Positions 26,034 through 39,682 of a stretch of DNA of 64,000 bases are shown piece by piece; position 1 is the stretch's first letter, and each line of letters begins with the position of its first letter. Location of the stretch: assembly GCF_036321535.1 (NCBI RefSeq), contig NC_087436.1, forward strand, positions 62,994,001 through 63,058,000, read 5' to 3'. This DNA is from Camelus dromedarius (Eukaryota). A program made the position numbers and the translations under genes. The notes under the pieces were generated by a model. The model did no database searches. It was not told the origin of the DNA and saw nothing but the letters and a program-made list of their open reading frames with translations.

Positions 26034-27394
26034 TGTACAAATGATATTTCAGAGTTGCACCATTTTTGATTCATCCATATATCTCACTGTCAATTATCAC
26101 AAGTAAATAGCAGGAAGAGTTTGCCATAGTAAACTTGGAAGAATATGCTAAATGGAAATTTAAAAATTATAACACACACATATATACATATATATATGTA
26201 ACTCCACATATAATGAAACACGTTCCATTGGAGGAGTAGGAACTATATGCATTTCCATAAAAATATGACATAACTTATGACTGAATCATTTCACTTTGTT
26301 TCAGATATCTTAATATTCATTATTTTGCTAAAAATAATTGACTATAATTATAACTATTATGATGTCAGGTTTGTAGCCATTTATTTTTCTAGTTATTAGC
26401 CCAAAAAATGTTTTTAGCAAGATCAGAAAGAGAAAGAATGAACCATAATTAATAATCTAGAAAGCAAGGAAACTGGAAAGTGAAGAGACATTGTTAATGA
26501 TTCTTTTGCAAAGAATGGGTCACAGAATTATTACTATACAAAGATGTCCTTATCAATTTTATTAAATAGACTTTCCATATCCTGATTACTATATTGGTTT
26601 CTTCTTTTTTTTCTTCTCATTGCTTCGAAGACAGAGATTACAACAGAAGTTTCTCATCTTTGAATATTTTCCACAACCTTTAGAACATCCTTTAGAACAT
26701 TTAGGAATAAAAATTAGTTGTAAATTTATATAAGGATTAATTGAGAACTGGACACATGAAGAATCTAAGTAAATATTGATGAAATGACAAAAATTACTCT
26801 CCAATCAATAGCATAACAATGCGGCATAGATATTCCTTCTTGAAAAAAAATATGCACTACTATCTGAGTTCAAAATGCTCATATGCAATGTTGATGTGTG
26901 GAGCTTATAATTATATGCACAATTATATATGCATATATGTATAGATGTGCATGTTTAGGTATAAAGACTTTTTTTAAGTTGATTTCTATTTCTTAGCACT
27001 AGTGAGATTTGAGGGGAAAACTTAAGTTAAAAATTTTAAGAAGAAATAAAGCCATGAAAGTCACAGGGACATTCTGAAATAATTTAAGTCACATAATTTT
27101 AACTGAAAAAATAGCAAAATAAATAAATAAAGCCACTAGAAAGCAAAGAGGGCTTTTTTTGGAGAGGGTGGCGGCAGGGACCTGGAATTTGTATAGCTGA
27201 AAACTGAGAGGGATACAATCAAAATAAGTATTTTAGCTTATGTGTTCTAAAAGAGCAAAAACATGAACATAGCGTACATATTCTAAAGTAATCAAATTTT
27301 ACTTGGAAGTTAAACAAATAACATATATATGTGAATATACAACAGAAGTTATATATTCCTTCTGTTTGGGTTCATTAAATTATCAATGCACTGG

Positions 27395-27695
27395 AGAGCT
27401 GGGGGTCTGTGCACACCGGACCCAGGGCATGCAGATCCAAAAGGGCCTGGTTTAGGTTCTGCTCCGTGAGCATGGCGGCTTCTATAGCATCTTGGCTTTT
27501 ACCCGACTCGTCTTGGGAAGGCTTCTGCATGCACAGCCTGGAAGAGGGTGCAGCTGTGCACTGGTTATGCATTTTCAAGAGACTCTCATTGTGCTCTAGC
27601 TTTTCCTCAGCCAATTCCCAGAAAAAGTGGCTCACACCCTCCAGAGCCACATCCTTGCATTCAAAATAGAAGCTCAGAGAGAGGATGCAAGTGAC
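27395..27695 (-). pseudogene. FTL: Ferritin light chain processed pseudogene, internal fragment (about residues 30-126)
   Basis: The translation [41 protein letters not shown]...[44 protein letters not shown] aligns to FTL [41 protein letters not shown]...QKPSQDEWGKTQDAMEAA...[20 protein letters not shown]. It is intronless across known exon junctions and shows CpG decay and compensating indels. The native start and C-terminus are absent. Confidence 0.95.
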
Positions 27696-28229
27696 CACTT
27701 GAATTTAAAACATACATCAATGTACTAAATAAACTAGATATTACATAACAGGCATTCTATGTCATCCTTGTCTGTCAAAGCATCTTTAAAAACAGTGCTC
27801 AATAAATCCTTAAGATACGTTGATCTATGGATTCATGTAAAAATGTTTAAAAGAAAAGAAAAACTTTTCAGCAAATTTCTGTACCTCATTGTGCTTATTA
27901 ATTAAAAAAAGTATTTTTTAACAAAACCTAAAGGTAATCTTATAAGAACATGAGGGTGAAGAAAATAACACAATGATATTATAAGAAAATTCATTCCTCA
28001 TCAATCATATTTTGGGGGAAATTTTGGTTTTTTTAATGAACACAGTTTAGGATTACAGAGCATACAGAAACTAACTTTTCTTTTTTTGAAGGGAAAGAAA
28101 TCAAGTGATAAAGTTGAGGAATGTGGATTCCCCCATGATGCTTCAAGTTCAATTTGAAATGTTCTATAGCTTCCTGCTTTTTTTTATCAAATATTTATGC
28201 TTATGTTATTTATACATTTGCTTATTTTT

Positions 28230-30420
28230 TAAAGAAGTATTTATTGAGCACCTATTATTGGCCAATGAGTTACATGGCATGAAAGTCATGTCATTAGAGG
28301 AAGAAAGAAATAAGTAAGTGGAGAGTTGGATGTTTGAATTTGAGGATTTGGAGATAAAATGTGGTTATTGAAAATAATAAGGTTTAGGAAAATGCTGCTC
28401 AATTAACTAGAGTTAATTCTGGCTAAAATGGAGAAGACTACATGAGAAGCAGGATAAGGGAGGAGGATCAGTTCTGTTTAGCATGCTAAGTTTGAGTTGC
28501 CTATTACTAATGCAAAAGGTGTCCAGTAGGCTGTAAAATATAGGGTTTGTCATCATATATATGATATTTAAAGCCATCAACCAGTATGTTAACTAATGGG
28601 GAACTAATAAAAAATAAGAAGAGAGGTATTCTCAGAACTGACTGCTGGAACAATACAACATTTAGATAACTAGGAGATAAGGAGAAACCATTAATGAAGA
28701 GTAAGAAGAAATGATGAAATATGAAGATAAACAGAAAAGTATTTTGATCCAAAATCCAAATAATGCAGGTCTTCCACTTGATAAACTGTGTCAAAAGCTG
28801 TTACTAGGCTAAGAAACATTTGAATTACAAATGGACTATTGTGTTTATCGATGTATTGAGGTGTGAGAAGAGCCCTTTCTAGAAATGGTGGGCTAGTAGT
28901 CAGACTTGAGTGCATTCATGAATAAATGAAAACGGAGGAACTGGAAGACAAGAGTTGTTAACATTTTCAAAGAGTGCAGTTTTAAAAGAGAATAGAGGAA
29001 TGAATTTAGGAAAATCTTTGTCGCTAGTGTTTATTTGTTTCAGAATGACAATTTTTTTTTAAGTTTTGTATACTGATGGGGATATTTGCTATTGTAGAGA
29101 GAAAGAGATAATGACTGAAGCAATGTTTTGGATTAATTGAAAGGAAATAGTGCATTAGTAGAGGGGTGACACTAGAAGCATGAACAGTCATTCATATTAA
29201 CAGGAAAAGAGGAAAAAGACAGGGGAGAGAAGTTATAAAATAGTCATCTCAGGAAGTGGTGGACTGAAAGAATTTGGAAAATATAATAGACTTCCCAGGC
29301 AGCTCAAAGGATCCACTTGAGGTTAATAGTCATGATTATAATGTGAAGCCATTGAGCGTGAATTTTGCCAGCCAACCATGTTCAGCTGCACCAGTCCTGC
29401 TATCAAGTCTGCATCTGTCTTTGAAGTTTTGCCATCTGAGTTTGACCATACACTTGATTTGATGGTGCTTTCAAGGGTGTGATTAAAATGATGAGTCAAG
29501 AAAATGGGAATATGATGTATGTTATAATGAAATACTTGATTTGGTCAATGAGTTCTATGTCATAGAAGTCGGATCACTGGAAGAAATAATATAGAAACAA
29601 GTTAGTAACTGGAGAGTTGAACAATTGAATTTGAAAGTACGGAGGTGATATGGTTACTAGACATAAGACGGTTAAAGGAAGTTGTGTCCAATAAAGATGT
29701 ATGTGATGATAACAATGTTCATATAACCACGATAACCACTAGCAAATGTGGCTATTGCACCTTTGATATGTGACTAATGCAATTAAGGGACTAACTTATT
29801 TTAATTCACTTAAATGTAAATACCTACATTTAGCTCTTGACTAATCTATTGGACACTTGCTGGTTGAGGGAGTGACCATAAGATTGAGGGGCTGAGTAAA
29901 AGCTGAGAAATAGCACAAAGAGTATTAGAGAAAGGGAAAGTGAGCAAGATATGAGAGGGGGCAACCAACATGAAAATAGATGATTAGTCTTTATACTAAT
30001 AGGTAATGGGTGGTATAGTCTGATGATGTGAGACTCAAACCTGGGACATTTTGGGAAGGAGAGAGAATGTTCTAGATCTCAGCATCTAGAATGACAGTGA
30101 GGTCCAATGGAATAAGATGTGTGAGAAAGAAAATATGCATTCCTGGAGAGGGATGCATTGGAAGCCGTGTTCTCAAAGGAGAGCCATGTTTCAGTTGTAA
30201 GAATAAGATGAAGGAAACCCTCAGGCAAGAGACTAAGGATACGTAGGATATTTTGCTGAAAATGACCTGGGTTAAAGATGGCATGGTAGAATGGTTCCTT
30301 AAATTTAGAAGTATTAGTTGGGTAAAAAAAAAAAATAATAATTAAAAAGTAGAGTTTTATTGAGACAAGAATACAGGGACTGATGATGATCTGGGACTCC
30401 TAGGCTTCATATGAGAACTG
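28230..30420 (-). mobile_element. Long degraded L2 LINE
   Basis: L2 3' end aagtatttattgagcacctatta; ggatcagttctgtttagcatgctaagtttgagttgcctatta; purine-rich antisense L2 body. Confidence 0.7.
29680..29857. mobile_element. MER3-like hAT-Charlie MITE nested in L2
   Basis: Inverted ends gtgtccaata ... tattggacac; internal aaccactagcaaatgtggctattg. Confidence 0.7.
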
Positions 30421-31269
30421 CTATAATTAGGTGTAGAGATCATAATAAGATTAGTCCTGATTATTAAAGAACAGATAGATTTGTCTCTTTGGACAGTTAG
30501 TATACCATCCTTTTCATTCAACAAATACTAATTAATCAATGAGCATGTGTCAGACATGCAGAACCCCAAGGAATAAGTGGACAGTGCATAAAATAGACAT
30601 GGTTCCCACTCAAATTATCTGCCAATATTACCTTTTAGGTAAACAAATTCTAAACTTATTATCTGTTCTGTAAATGAATAGTTTGTATGCTGTGTATTTT
30701 TCTCTTTTCAGACATTTTGTGCATGCCAATTGTCAGTCTTTACTTTTCAAAGAGAATTGGTGGGTCCTTGTACATTTCTCTTAAATGATCAGTCCTGGTT
30801 TTACCCACTGAGGTTGCAAATTATTTTAACTGTCCTTTACAAGCCATTCTCTAGTTGCATTATCATTTAAAAAAAAATCCTCTCACTACACTTGGAAAAC
30901 AGGGAGAGCAGATATCAGGATTACTTGATACATAAGAAGAATGAGGACAAATTGAATAAACTGAATCATTATTCCAATGATTACATCAAAGTGCCATCAC
31001 CAGAAAAACTTCACATTATTCTAAATGCTAATCCATCAGTTTTACAAAATGACTGGAATGTGTTTTCTGTTTTATTTTTAATATAGAACATTCTGTTGTC
31101 CATTTTGGATACAGAAACAAACTGGGCTTTCTTCCACAGAAAACCACAGTAGTGATTAACATCCTGTGTTGGAGAGTAACTATAGCATAGAAAGACTCCA
31201 TAATTCCAAATCTAAGCTTTCAATGCCAATAATTAACTAATTGATAAATGTAATAAACTTTTTTTCCTG

Positions 31270-31830
31270 ATTCTTTTCTTATTTTACCTCTCTCAACTTA
31301 TAGCCTTTGACCTCTCCTCTCTAAACTACTTCTTATGGCTTATATGACACCATTCTCCCTTGGTTTTCTCACTATTTCTTCTCAGTATTTTATGTCAATG
31401 CTTTTCTCTAGAAGTTAGTGTTCTTAGAATCTGTCTTTCCCCTCTCATTCCCAGGTATTCACACATTCCATCTCACTCTTCTCACTATCATGTTGATGAC
31501 TCCAGAATCATTATTCACAATTTGACCTCTGTCTTGAATTTCAAACCTGCCTCCTGGGTGATCTAGAGTGAGATCACCATTTCCACACTTGAACACATTT
31601 TATTTTCCCCTTCTAAACATATATGTTCTCTTGTTATTTTCTATAGTGGAGCCACTATCCATTCAGTCTTCAGACCAGAAACCTGGAGTCTTCTGATTTC
31701 TATTGCTACCTTTTCCAGCTATTTTTTTCTTCCTCATGATCTGTACCTTTCCTACAGAGCACTTCCTTCTTTCAATTTCTAGTAAATGATACCTAGCAAT
31801 GCTTAAAAATGTGTCAAGTTGAACCGAATA
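31270..31830 (+). mobile_element. L2 fragment
   Basis: tatgacaccattctcccttggttttctc...tgttgatgactccagaatc...ccagaaacctggagtc. Confidence 0.6.
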
Positions 31831-33007
31831 ACTGAAACTCTTAATATCAGTGTTTTATGTAATACTTCTTCATGCTACTCTAATATTTCATTGGTCTACA
31901 AAGCATTCTCCAGTTTCATTCACTTTTTTCAAATGTATATTTTCCATACTGCCTTTTTAACTTTTTACCTTTATAATAAATGAAGCTTCCAGTTATAGCA
32001 TAGTACTAAACTAAATTCACAGATGGAAAAATTGCTTACCAAAATGGATGACCTACTTTGGCCAATTCACCTAACTCCTACACAAATCTTTTTATTAAAG
32101 TATAACCAGATGATCAGAAGATCTTTTGAAAGAAAGGAAATACAGAACTTAATTAGTACAAAAATATTTATTTTCTACAATAATAACGATAATAAATTAT
32201 TATTACTACAGACCAGTTCCATGTTCTCAACATAATAGTTGTGTTAAAATATGAGTGAAGGCTCAAAGATATATTTCAAATTTAGTAAGATTGTTGAAAT
32301 GTAGACAGTTGGCTCACTTATTTGTTCTGGTGCTTAATACCTATTCTTTCTCTTTTCTGAATAATGAAATGAGAGGTAATTCAGTTTTCATTAGTCTTTA
32401 TATACTCAAAAAGTTCAACTCATTTGTCCCTATCTAGAGAATCAATTCAACAAAATTCAATCCCATCTCTAATACCACAGCAAACTCAACCACATATGAG
32501 TTAACACGGCATCAACTTCTTCCTACTTTACTTGTTGAATGTAAGCCTTTTTTTTTTTTTTTTAGGAAAGAAATGACCTTTTCCTTGCTCCATTTCTTCA
32601 CCAAGTAGAAGCATGTAATTTTTAGAAGTGACATCGTATTTGGTGGACTTAAACTATTAAAAAGGACCAACCTCTGGGAAATATAGTATTTTTCTTTTCT
32701 TTCCTCTACTTTGAGTTGCCATGAGAAAGTGATTCTGGCTACCAGTTTCAGCTCTGCTGATTTAAGCTTGTGTTTGGGTGGGCTCTCCCCACATCTTGTG
32801 TGAGATGAGGCATGAGAATCAGTAGTGGTAACTAGCCCTTTTGGCCACAAAATAAAGCTTTATTCCTCAGGGAGGTTATCAAAATGATGATTGACAGTTT
32901 ATCATGATTTGCCCGTCTCCCATGCCTTATTTATCACTTTGTTAAAAAATTAGAAGGGGAAAAACTGTAGTATATATTGAATTTCTATAATTCTGACAAT
33001 ATCTAAG

Positions 33008-33201
33008 TATTTTTTGGTGTACAGCATAATGTCCCAGTCATGTGTATATATATATACACACACACACACACACATACTCATTTTCATATTCTTTTTCATT
33101 AAAGGTTATTACAAGATATTGAACATAGTTCCCTGTGCTATACGGAAGAAACTTGTTTTTTAAATCTATTTTTATATATAGTGGTTAACATTTGCAAATC
33201 T
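33008..33201 (-). mobile_element. Young lineage-specific L1 3' end with embedded (TA)(CA) repeat
   Basis: ggtgtacagcataatgtcccagtcatg...ttttcatattctttttcattaaaggttattacaagatattgaacatagttccctgtgctatac. Confidence 0.85.
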
Positions 33202-35744
33202 AATAAATTTGAGGAACTACTGTACCTTAAGTGCTAGAAACAAAAACAATAACACAACTAGATCACTTGAAAATTACTGTCCACACATTATTTTGACAGC
33301 AAGCCACAAACTAAATTATCATTCAGTGTTGCCAAATTAAGCCAAGTAACTGCATCATTTGGATTGTAGGCAGACAGACAGGTATGCATTTACACCAGGG
33401 AAGTAAGCTGCTAATTATCCAACTGTAGTAGAAGTTTAAATATCAAACTAGTTTCAAAAGTATTGCTCTAGTTTATGGACCAGTCACAGATGTTTATGAT
33501 AGGAGAAAACTGAAATGGTATTTTTAGTGTCCTAAAGGAACTATGGAACAAGGACTCCATGAAAATTGGTATGGGTGAGTAGCAAAGATAACTTGAAAGT
33601 AGTCACAAAATGACTGTCACTGAGCAGTGAGTGTGGCTGTACCACACAGAAAAAGAAATCAGAATAAAACTTATGTGACAGCTGTATCAGAAACCAATCT
33701 GAAACTCCATTCGTAAGGTTTTTATGTACTTAGATATGTGGTGATTCATGTTTTAGCACACTTAAATAACTGAATTGAAATATGTGTTTGACAATATTTT
33801 TTAATTTTTAAAAATTATATTTACATTAAAATTGTACATTTGATAATCCACCCCTGATATACATGTACTTTACTTAAATAAAAACTGATTGAGATTTCTA
33901 GAGTGGGACTCTAGATGTAACTACTGCATACGTAACAAAGCAATTGCATTGTTGAGATGGAGTGGCTGACAGAGTTCGTCAGAAGGATTTTTCTTTACTT
34001 GGATAAAATGGTAAAATAGACTGGAAGGATTGTTTCAATACACCACTGTATCTACCTACACAATCACTTTCATTACTTTATTTGAACAAGCAAATTAAAC
34101 TGATTATCGGAAGTGTGATCATCTTTGCAGATAAGTCTAGCGACTAAAAATTTTTTTAAATGTTCCTCAAAATGTTAACATAAATTATACTAAGTAGAGC
34201 AATGGTGTTACATTATTTAGGGAAGAATCATGCATATGGGCTCTTGAGTGATATGGACTGATATTGATCAAATTAATCAAATGATAGCTGGATTCTCATT
34301 TGCATAATCTGTGGATAGTTAATCATAAATAATAGATAAAAACATAAATTTAAGCTGATCTAGGTTTGAAACCCATTGATACTCACTTTTGATAGTGACT
34401 AGGTGTGAATTAATTAAAAGTACCCGAACTTAGAGGAATCAGAGCTGAGTTCAGAGTTTACTTATCTCTGTCAACTTCCAGCTTCTTCTTGGAAGGAGCT
34501 GTTTTCCTTTCTGAGTCACTATTTTCTATGAAATAGTAACATGTGTAATAGAAAATGTTTACTGAGAACCCACTACTTGGCAGCCTCTGTTAAAAGCACA
34601 TTTTTGTATATATCCTGTCATTTATATAGTGTCCCCAAACTCCCATAAGCAATGGGAGAACTTTGGAAGTTACCATGTCTGGTCCATTACAGTCTGAAAA
34701 CTGAATAGCAAATTACTAACTTAGATAGCAAGAAAATGGGAACTGAAATCAGACAATTAAGCATTCAGTGGAATCTGAATAATTTTCTTTAATGTCTGAG
34801 AGGCCCAATGGAAAACAGTGAATTCTCAGAATTAATAAGATAAAAACAATAAATTGAAGGAAGGAAATATCATTACAAAATATATTTTGTTCATTTATTT
34901 TTATTAATTATTTATGATAATACTTCATAATATACTAACTAATGTCCTGTAGTATACTGTATAAAATTAATGAAAGCGTGTGAGACTTCTAAGTCACACA
35001 AGGCTGTTAAGTCTTTTAAGAAAAGTGGGATAGTTTACATTTTTTCAGAGAGAATTTTTGGCTTGGAGATTAGTGAAATTGAAATAAATGAATTTATGAA
35101 TGTTTTAACTAAAATGTTACATGCATTAACTAAGAATTTACTTAAAAGTTCTTCATGTAAAAAATTTACCAGATACAACATAAACATAGTGATATGGGAA
35201 TTAACCTACAGCAGATAAAAAGGAAAGGCTTCAGAAAACAGTGTATCAAGAATTACAAAGGAACTGTAGAGATAAATATATCTGAGAAAATTAAGACTAT
35301 AGGATGTATTGTCTTTATATTATGCCTTTTATTTTCAGCTGGTTTGAGAGAATGAAAGCTAAAATTTATACAAATTTACCCAAAACAAAAGGTATACTAC
35401 TGGGAAATGCAGTGCATATAATGACAAATATAAATATTTCTTTTTTTCCTCCTTGGTTCTCTTTAAACTACATTATGAATGGTATCACTTCTTATCTCTC
35501 TGCTAAAAATATCCTTATTATAAAACATTTATTAGATTGAATATGGAAAATCATCCAGTGAATGAATGATTTATATAGACAGTTTTTGGAAGATGTAGGT
35601 TAAACAGATTAGAAATGAAAGAGAATGCATGAATGGAGGGTGAGTGATGGAGGATAATGGTTAAGAAAGATCACAAAACAATTTGTTAAACTACTCAATG
35701 TGTTAAAAGAAATAATAGATAATATCAACTAGGAAAGAATATCA

Positions 35745-35877
35745 AAAAAGAATGTGACAATGAATATATATATGATCATGTATAACTGAAAAATTGTGCT
35801 CTACACTGGAAATTGACACAATATTGTAAATTGACTATGACTTAAATAAATAAATAAATAAATAAATAATAAATAAA
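35745..35877 (+). mobile_element. Very short young L1 3' end with (TAAA)n tail and 11-bp target-site duplication
   Basis: aaagaatatca occurs at 35734-35744 and 35878-35888. The body reads tataactgaaaaattgtgctctacactggaaattgacacaatattgtaaattgacta. Confidence 0.9.
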
Positions 35878-36559
35878 AAAGAATATCAGATGATCTGAAT
35901 GTCAAAAAAATAGCATACATTGTAGAAAGCTTTGCAGTAACAATCTGAGCCAAAATAAAGTAAAATAAAATAAAATAAAATGTTGCATTACCTTCTGGCC
36001 CATTCTTTTGCAGCTTCTGGGAAAATAATCAGCTTTCCAGAGCTGCAGGAAGAGCAATATGCTGGAGAGGAGTTACATGTAGTACAAACGGTAGAGAAAT
36101 GTGAAGGTAGAGGAATGGGATTTATAAGGAGAGTTAATTTCACAAATTCACAGTGAATTGAAGATTCTAGATGACACAGTGCAACAGAATGAGAATTAAA
36201 GAAATAGTGCAAGAAAAGTTTAGGCAAGAGCAAATGAACAACCTTTAAGAGGATGCTGAACAAAGGACCTCCATTTTATGTTATGGTCTAAGATGGCAGA
36301 AGTGATGTGACCTAAAATTGGAAATATATTTAATGAATAGAAGAAATTTCAGATCATGTTATAAAGATGCCTTGAAATATAAGTCATGGGACTGATCAGC
36401 ATTTGGCAGCCTTTCCTCACAAGAAGGAGAAGCAGCACCAGAGGGAAAGGAAACATGAGTGATCACCTTGTTAAAGGGTGCTCAGAGCATTAAATAAAAC
36501 AACAAATATGTAAGTGCTTTGCAGATTAGAACAAAAATGGGTTATCTCTGGAAGGAAGC

Positions 36560-36775
36560 GTGAGTGGATAGAGCAGGAGTTCTGTAGTCAGACAGTGAGG
36601 TCTGCTGGTACTCAACAGTACTCAACCAATACATGCCATTACAACACATGCAATCTCAGGAAGGTTACTTAATATATCTGAAGTTCAGTTACTTAGTTCT
36701 AAAGTGTGACTCAAAAATTCATGGTGTTTCTGAGACAATTAAATGAGCTAACAATGACAAAACACAGTAGGTTGT
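36560..36775 (+). mobile_element. MIR SINE
   Basis: agagcaggagttctgtagtcagacag...ggaaggttacttaatatatctgaagttcagtt...aattaaatgagctaa. Confidence 0.65.
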
Positions 36776-36952
36776 CTCAAAGTGTGGATTCCTATACTTT
36801 GTGAGGTGGTACTCTTTTATGACTTCCTGTATGTTCAATCTTCCTGAGAAAAACACCTTTTTAACTTTTCACCTTGTCAGCATGGTCAACTCCTAGTCTG
36901 TATTTTTTTTTTCTTTTATAACAGTCTTTAATTGTTTTAAAATTTTGAGATG

Positions 36953-37069
36953 GTTTTATTTTACTTTATTTTTTATTGATGTAGGGTTGAGTTACAATAT
37001 TGTCTTAGTTTCAGGTGTACATCATGGTGATCAGTATTTTTACAGATTATACTCCTTTAAAATTTATTA
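36953..37069 (-). mobile_element. Short L1 3' end (antisense)
   Basis: T-rich tail, then ttattgatgtagggttgagttacaatattgtcttagtttcaggtgtacatcatggtgatcagtatttttacagattatactcc. Confidence 0.8.
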
Positions 37070-37335
37070 TACAGGGGGAGGGAGTGGGAGGGGATAAACT
37101 GGGAGTTCGAGATTTGCAGACACTAATTATAGAACACATATAGAATAGAGAAACAAATTCATGCTGTATATAGCACAGGAAACTATATTCGATATCTTGT
37201 AGTAACTTATGGTGAAAAAGAATGTGAAAACCAATGTATGAATGTTCACGTATGACTGAAGAATTATGCTGTATGCCAGAAATTGACACAATATTGTAAA
37301 CTGACTATACTTCAATAATATATGTAAAAAATATA
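37070..37335 (+). mobile_element. Young L1 3' end (camelid-like)
   Basis: gggataaactgggagttcgagatttgcagacacta...tatagcacaggaaactatattcgatatcttgtagtaacttatggtgaaaaagaa...aaattgacacaatattgtaaactgactatacttcaata. Confidence 0.85.
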
Positions 37336-38924
37336 CTAAACACTGAAACAGATAATCCATTACAAATTATAGATGTACATGTAAATATATTTTAAAAAGG
37401 CATTCAACCTCACTAGTAATTAGTGAAATAGAAATCAGAGCAACTGTGTGATGCCATTTTCAACTGTGAGAATGTCAAAGATTAAAAAGAAAAGGATGGT
37501 AAAGAATAAAAGATCATTCATATTCAATGGGAGGGACTATATACTGATGTACTATTTCTGGAGAACAACTTGGCAAAATATATCAAAAAGCCTTAATGTG
37601 TGCTTATCCTTTAACCTAGGAATTATGCTTCTAGAAATTTATCCTAAGAAAATAAACAATCAAATGCACAAGGGGAAAAAAAAAACTACTGTTAATGGCT
37701 CTAATAGATATGTTAAAATCATACATATCATGGCCAAAATATTTGGCTGTAAACTTTCAAGGAAAGAAGAACACTGAAAACCCATCCATTTTGTGATTAA
37801 GAATGAACATTCACTTTTGCTTAGCCAATTATGGCACCCATTTTAAACTGTCACTTTCAAGACAGGAAAAATGCATTTTTTGTACAAAAGGATATATGTA
37901 TCATTGTAAGAAATTTGGAGAAAAAACATGATTTGCTTTGTTGTGACTAAAATGAATAAAGCAATTAATCTGGAAAATAGTGAAATAATGAGTGTATAAC
38001 AACTGATCCAGTAACACAATTTATATTTAGAAAACTTTCCAGTTTGATGGAAAGAATCACTTCACTAAGAGTTATGTTTTATTCACTCAATGGTGTGCCA
38101 AAATCCTGATGATTTGGGATGCTTAAATGCACTGGTCCATTTATAAACAGCATATACAATTCAGCAAATGACAGGAGGCTTTTATTTATTTTAGGTCATT
38201 TTAGTACAATGTTTGTAGCTGTTGTATGAGGATGAGTTGTGTTTAAGTACAAGATTTTGGGTGAATTTTTATGTGCCCCCTGATGCTCTATCTTTGCTCA
38301 AACTGTAATGAAAAGGGAACAGTTTCAAATATCTGTATTTTAAGCCCACAATGTTCGACTCAGTGGTAAATTAAAGAAAATTAATGAACGAGTAACTGAA
38401 ATAGGCTTGAGGAACAAAGCTTTCTCAGGAAGAAGTGAGAAATGTAGTGATCTTTCACTTCATGAAAGCAGCACCATTACATGACTGAGGTCTTGCTGTT
38501 CTAGCACTGTGATAAAAGGCTTTCCTTGGAATTTCCAGACAGTCAAAAAATTTGTGTGAAGAGCAGTTCTTGCAGATTTCTCTGTAACGTCCATGTTCAA
38601 ATTAATCATAATAAAATGAGCCAACATGTGATTTGTAGGTCAGGGAAAATAATTAACTATCATCATCATTATTCATATTTTCTCCTGAAAAGCATTTATT
38701 TTTCTTTATTATTGATAACATTATGTTAAACACTCTTTGGAGTTAAGTCTTTTCCAGAAAGCATAGCTTCCACTGTGATTTTCTTAGCTGAAAAAGCTCA
38801 GTGTCATCCTCTGGGAAAATTCTCAAAAATCTTATACAATGTGGTATTTTAACTTATAGAAAATATGATTTTATAAAAGTCAAGTAAAAATTCAACATCT
38901 AAAGGGATGTAATAATCTCTGGAG

Positions 38925-39318
38925 CAGCATTTGTAGTAGAAAACAGTAAATGGAATGTTACTCTTCAGCCAATATTCCATGTGTTTCCCCATGTTATAAC
39001 CTCCATTCTAAATGGGCTGGAATCAGGTTTCTAACTAAGGACAAATAGAATGCAAATGGCGTGTGTCACTGTCTGGCAGGGACAGGTTACAAAATGTGAC
39101 ATCTCTTCCACTCTTCTCGTTTATTGCTTATACAAGGCAGAGGCCACAGGTTGAGACTGGGCATTACAAAACGAAGAGAGCCTAGGCCATCTAAATCACT
39201 GAATAGATCTTCCACCAATCACATCTGATATTTTCTTCAGGGATAAGTTGTTCTTTATGTTTTAAGTTAATTTTTTTGTTATTGTCATTGCAGTAGTTCA
39301 GTTTATCCTACTAATTCA
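38925..39318 (+). mobile_element. MLT1J-like MaLR LTR
   Basis: atggcgtgtgtcactgtctggc...gcagaggccacaggttgagactgggcattacaaaacgaagagagcctagg...ttgcagtagttcagtttatcctactaattca. Confidence 0.55.
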
Positions 39319-39682
39319 TCTCAGGATAGCCAAGGTGGGTAGGAATAATGAAAGATGAGGTCATGTATCAAAAGCTTTGTGGAGTTGTTTCACGAAAGTT
39401 TGTCTTTGGAATTCAAATCCCATGCTTTTATTCCTCTATTCTAAGTGATGAAAAAGTTAGGAGGAGGCATGTGGCTGTATGTGTGATCTTGGAGATACCA
39501 ATGATGCAAGAGAGCCAATTGTTGAAAAGTAGTTCCAGGGATTTGGCAAGAGATGACAAGGGAGGAACATTAAAGGGCTGGGATTTCAAAATAAGGAAAC
39601 ACCTTTTTATCTGTGCTCAAATTAAAAAGAAGGAATAGTTGAAGATACATACATACTATAGCATAAGGCCCAAAATTTCAAG

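Noticed and set aside
27409..27669. 86-aa plus-strand ORF
   Set aside because: Antisense shadow of the FTL pseudogene.
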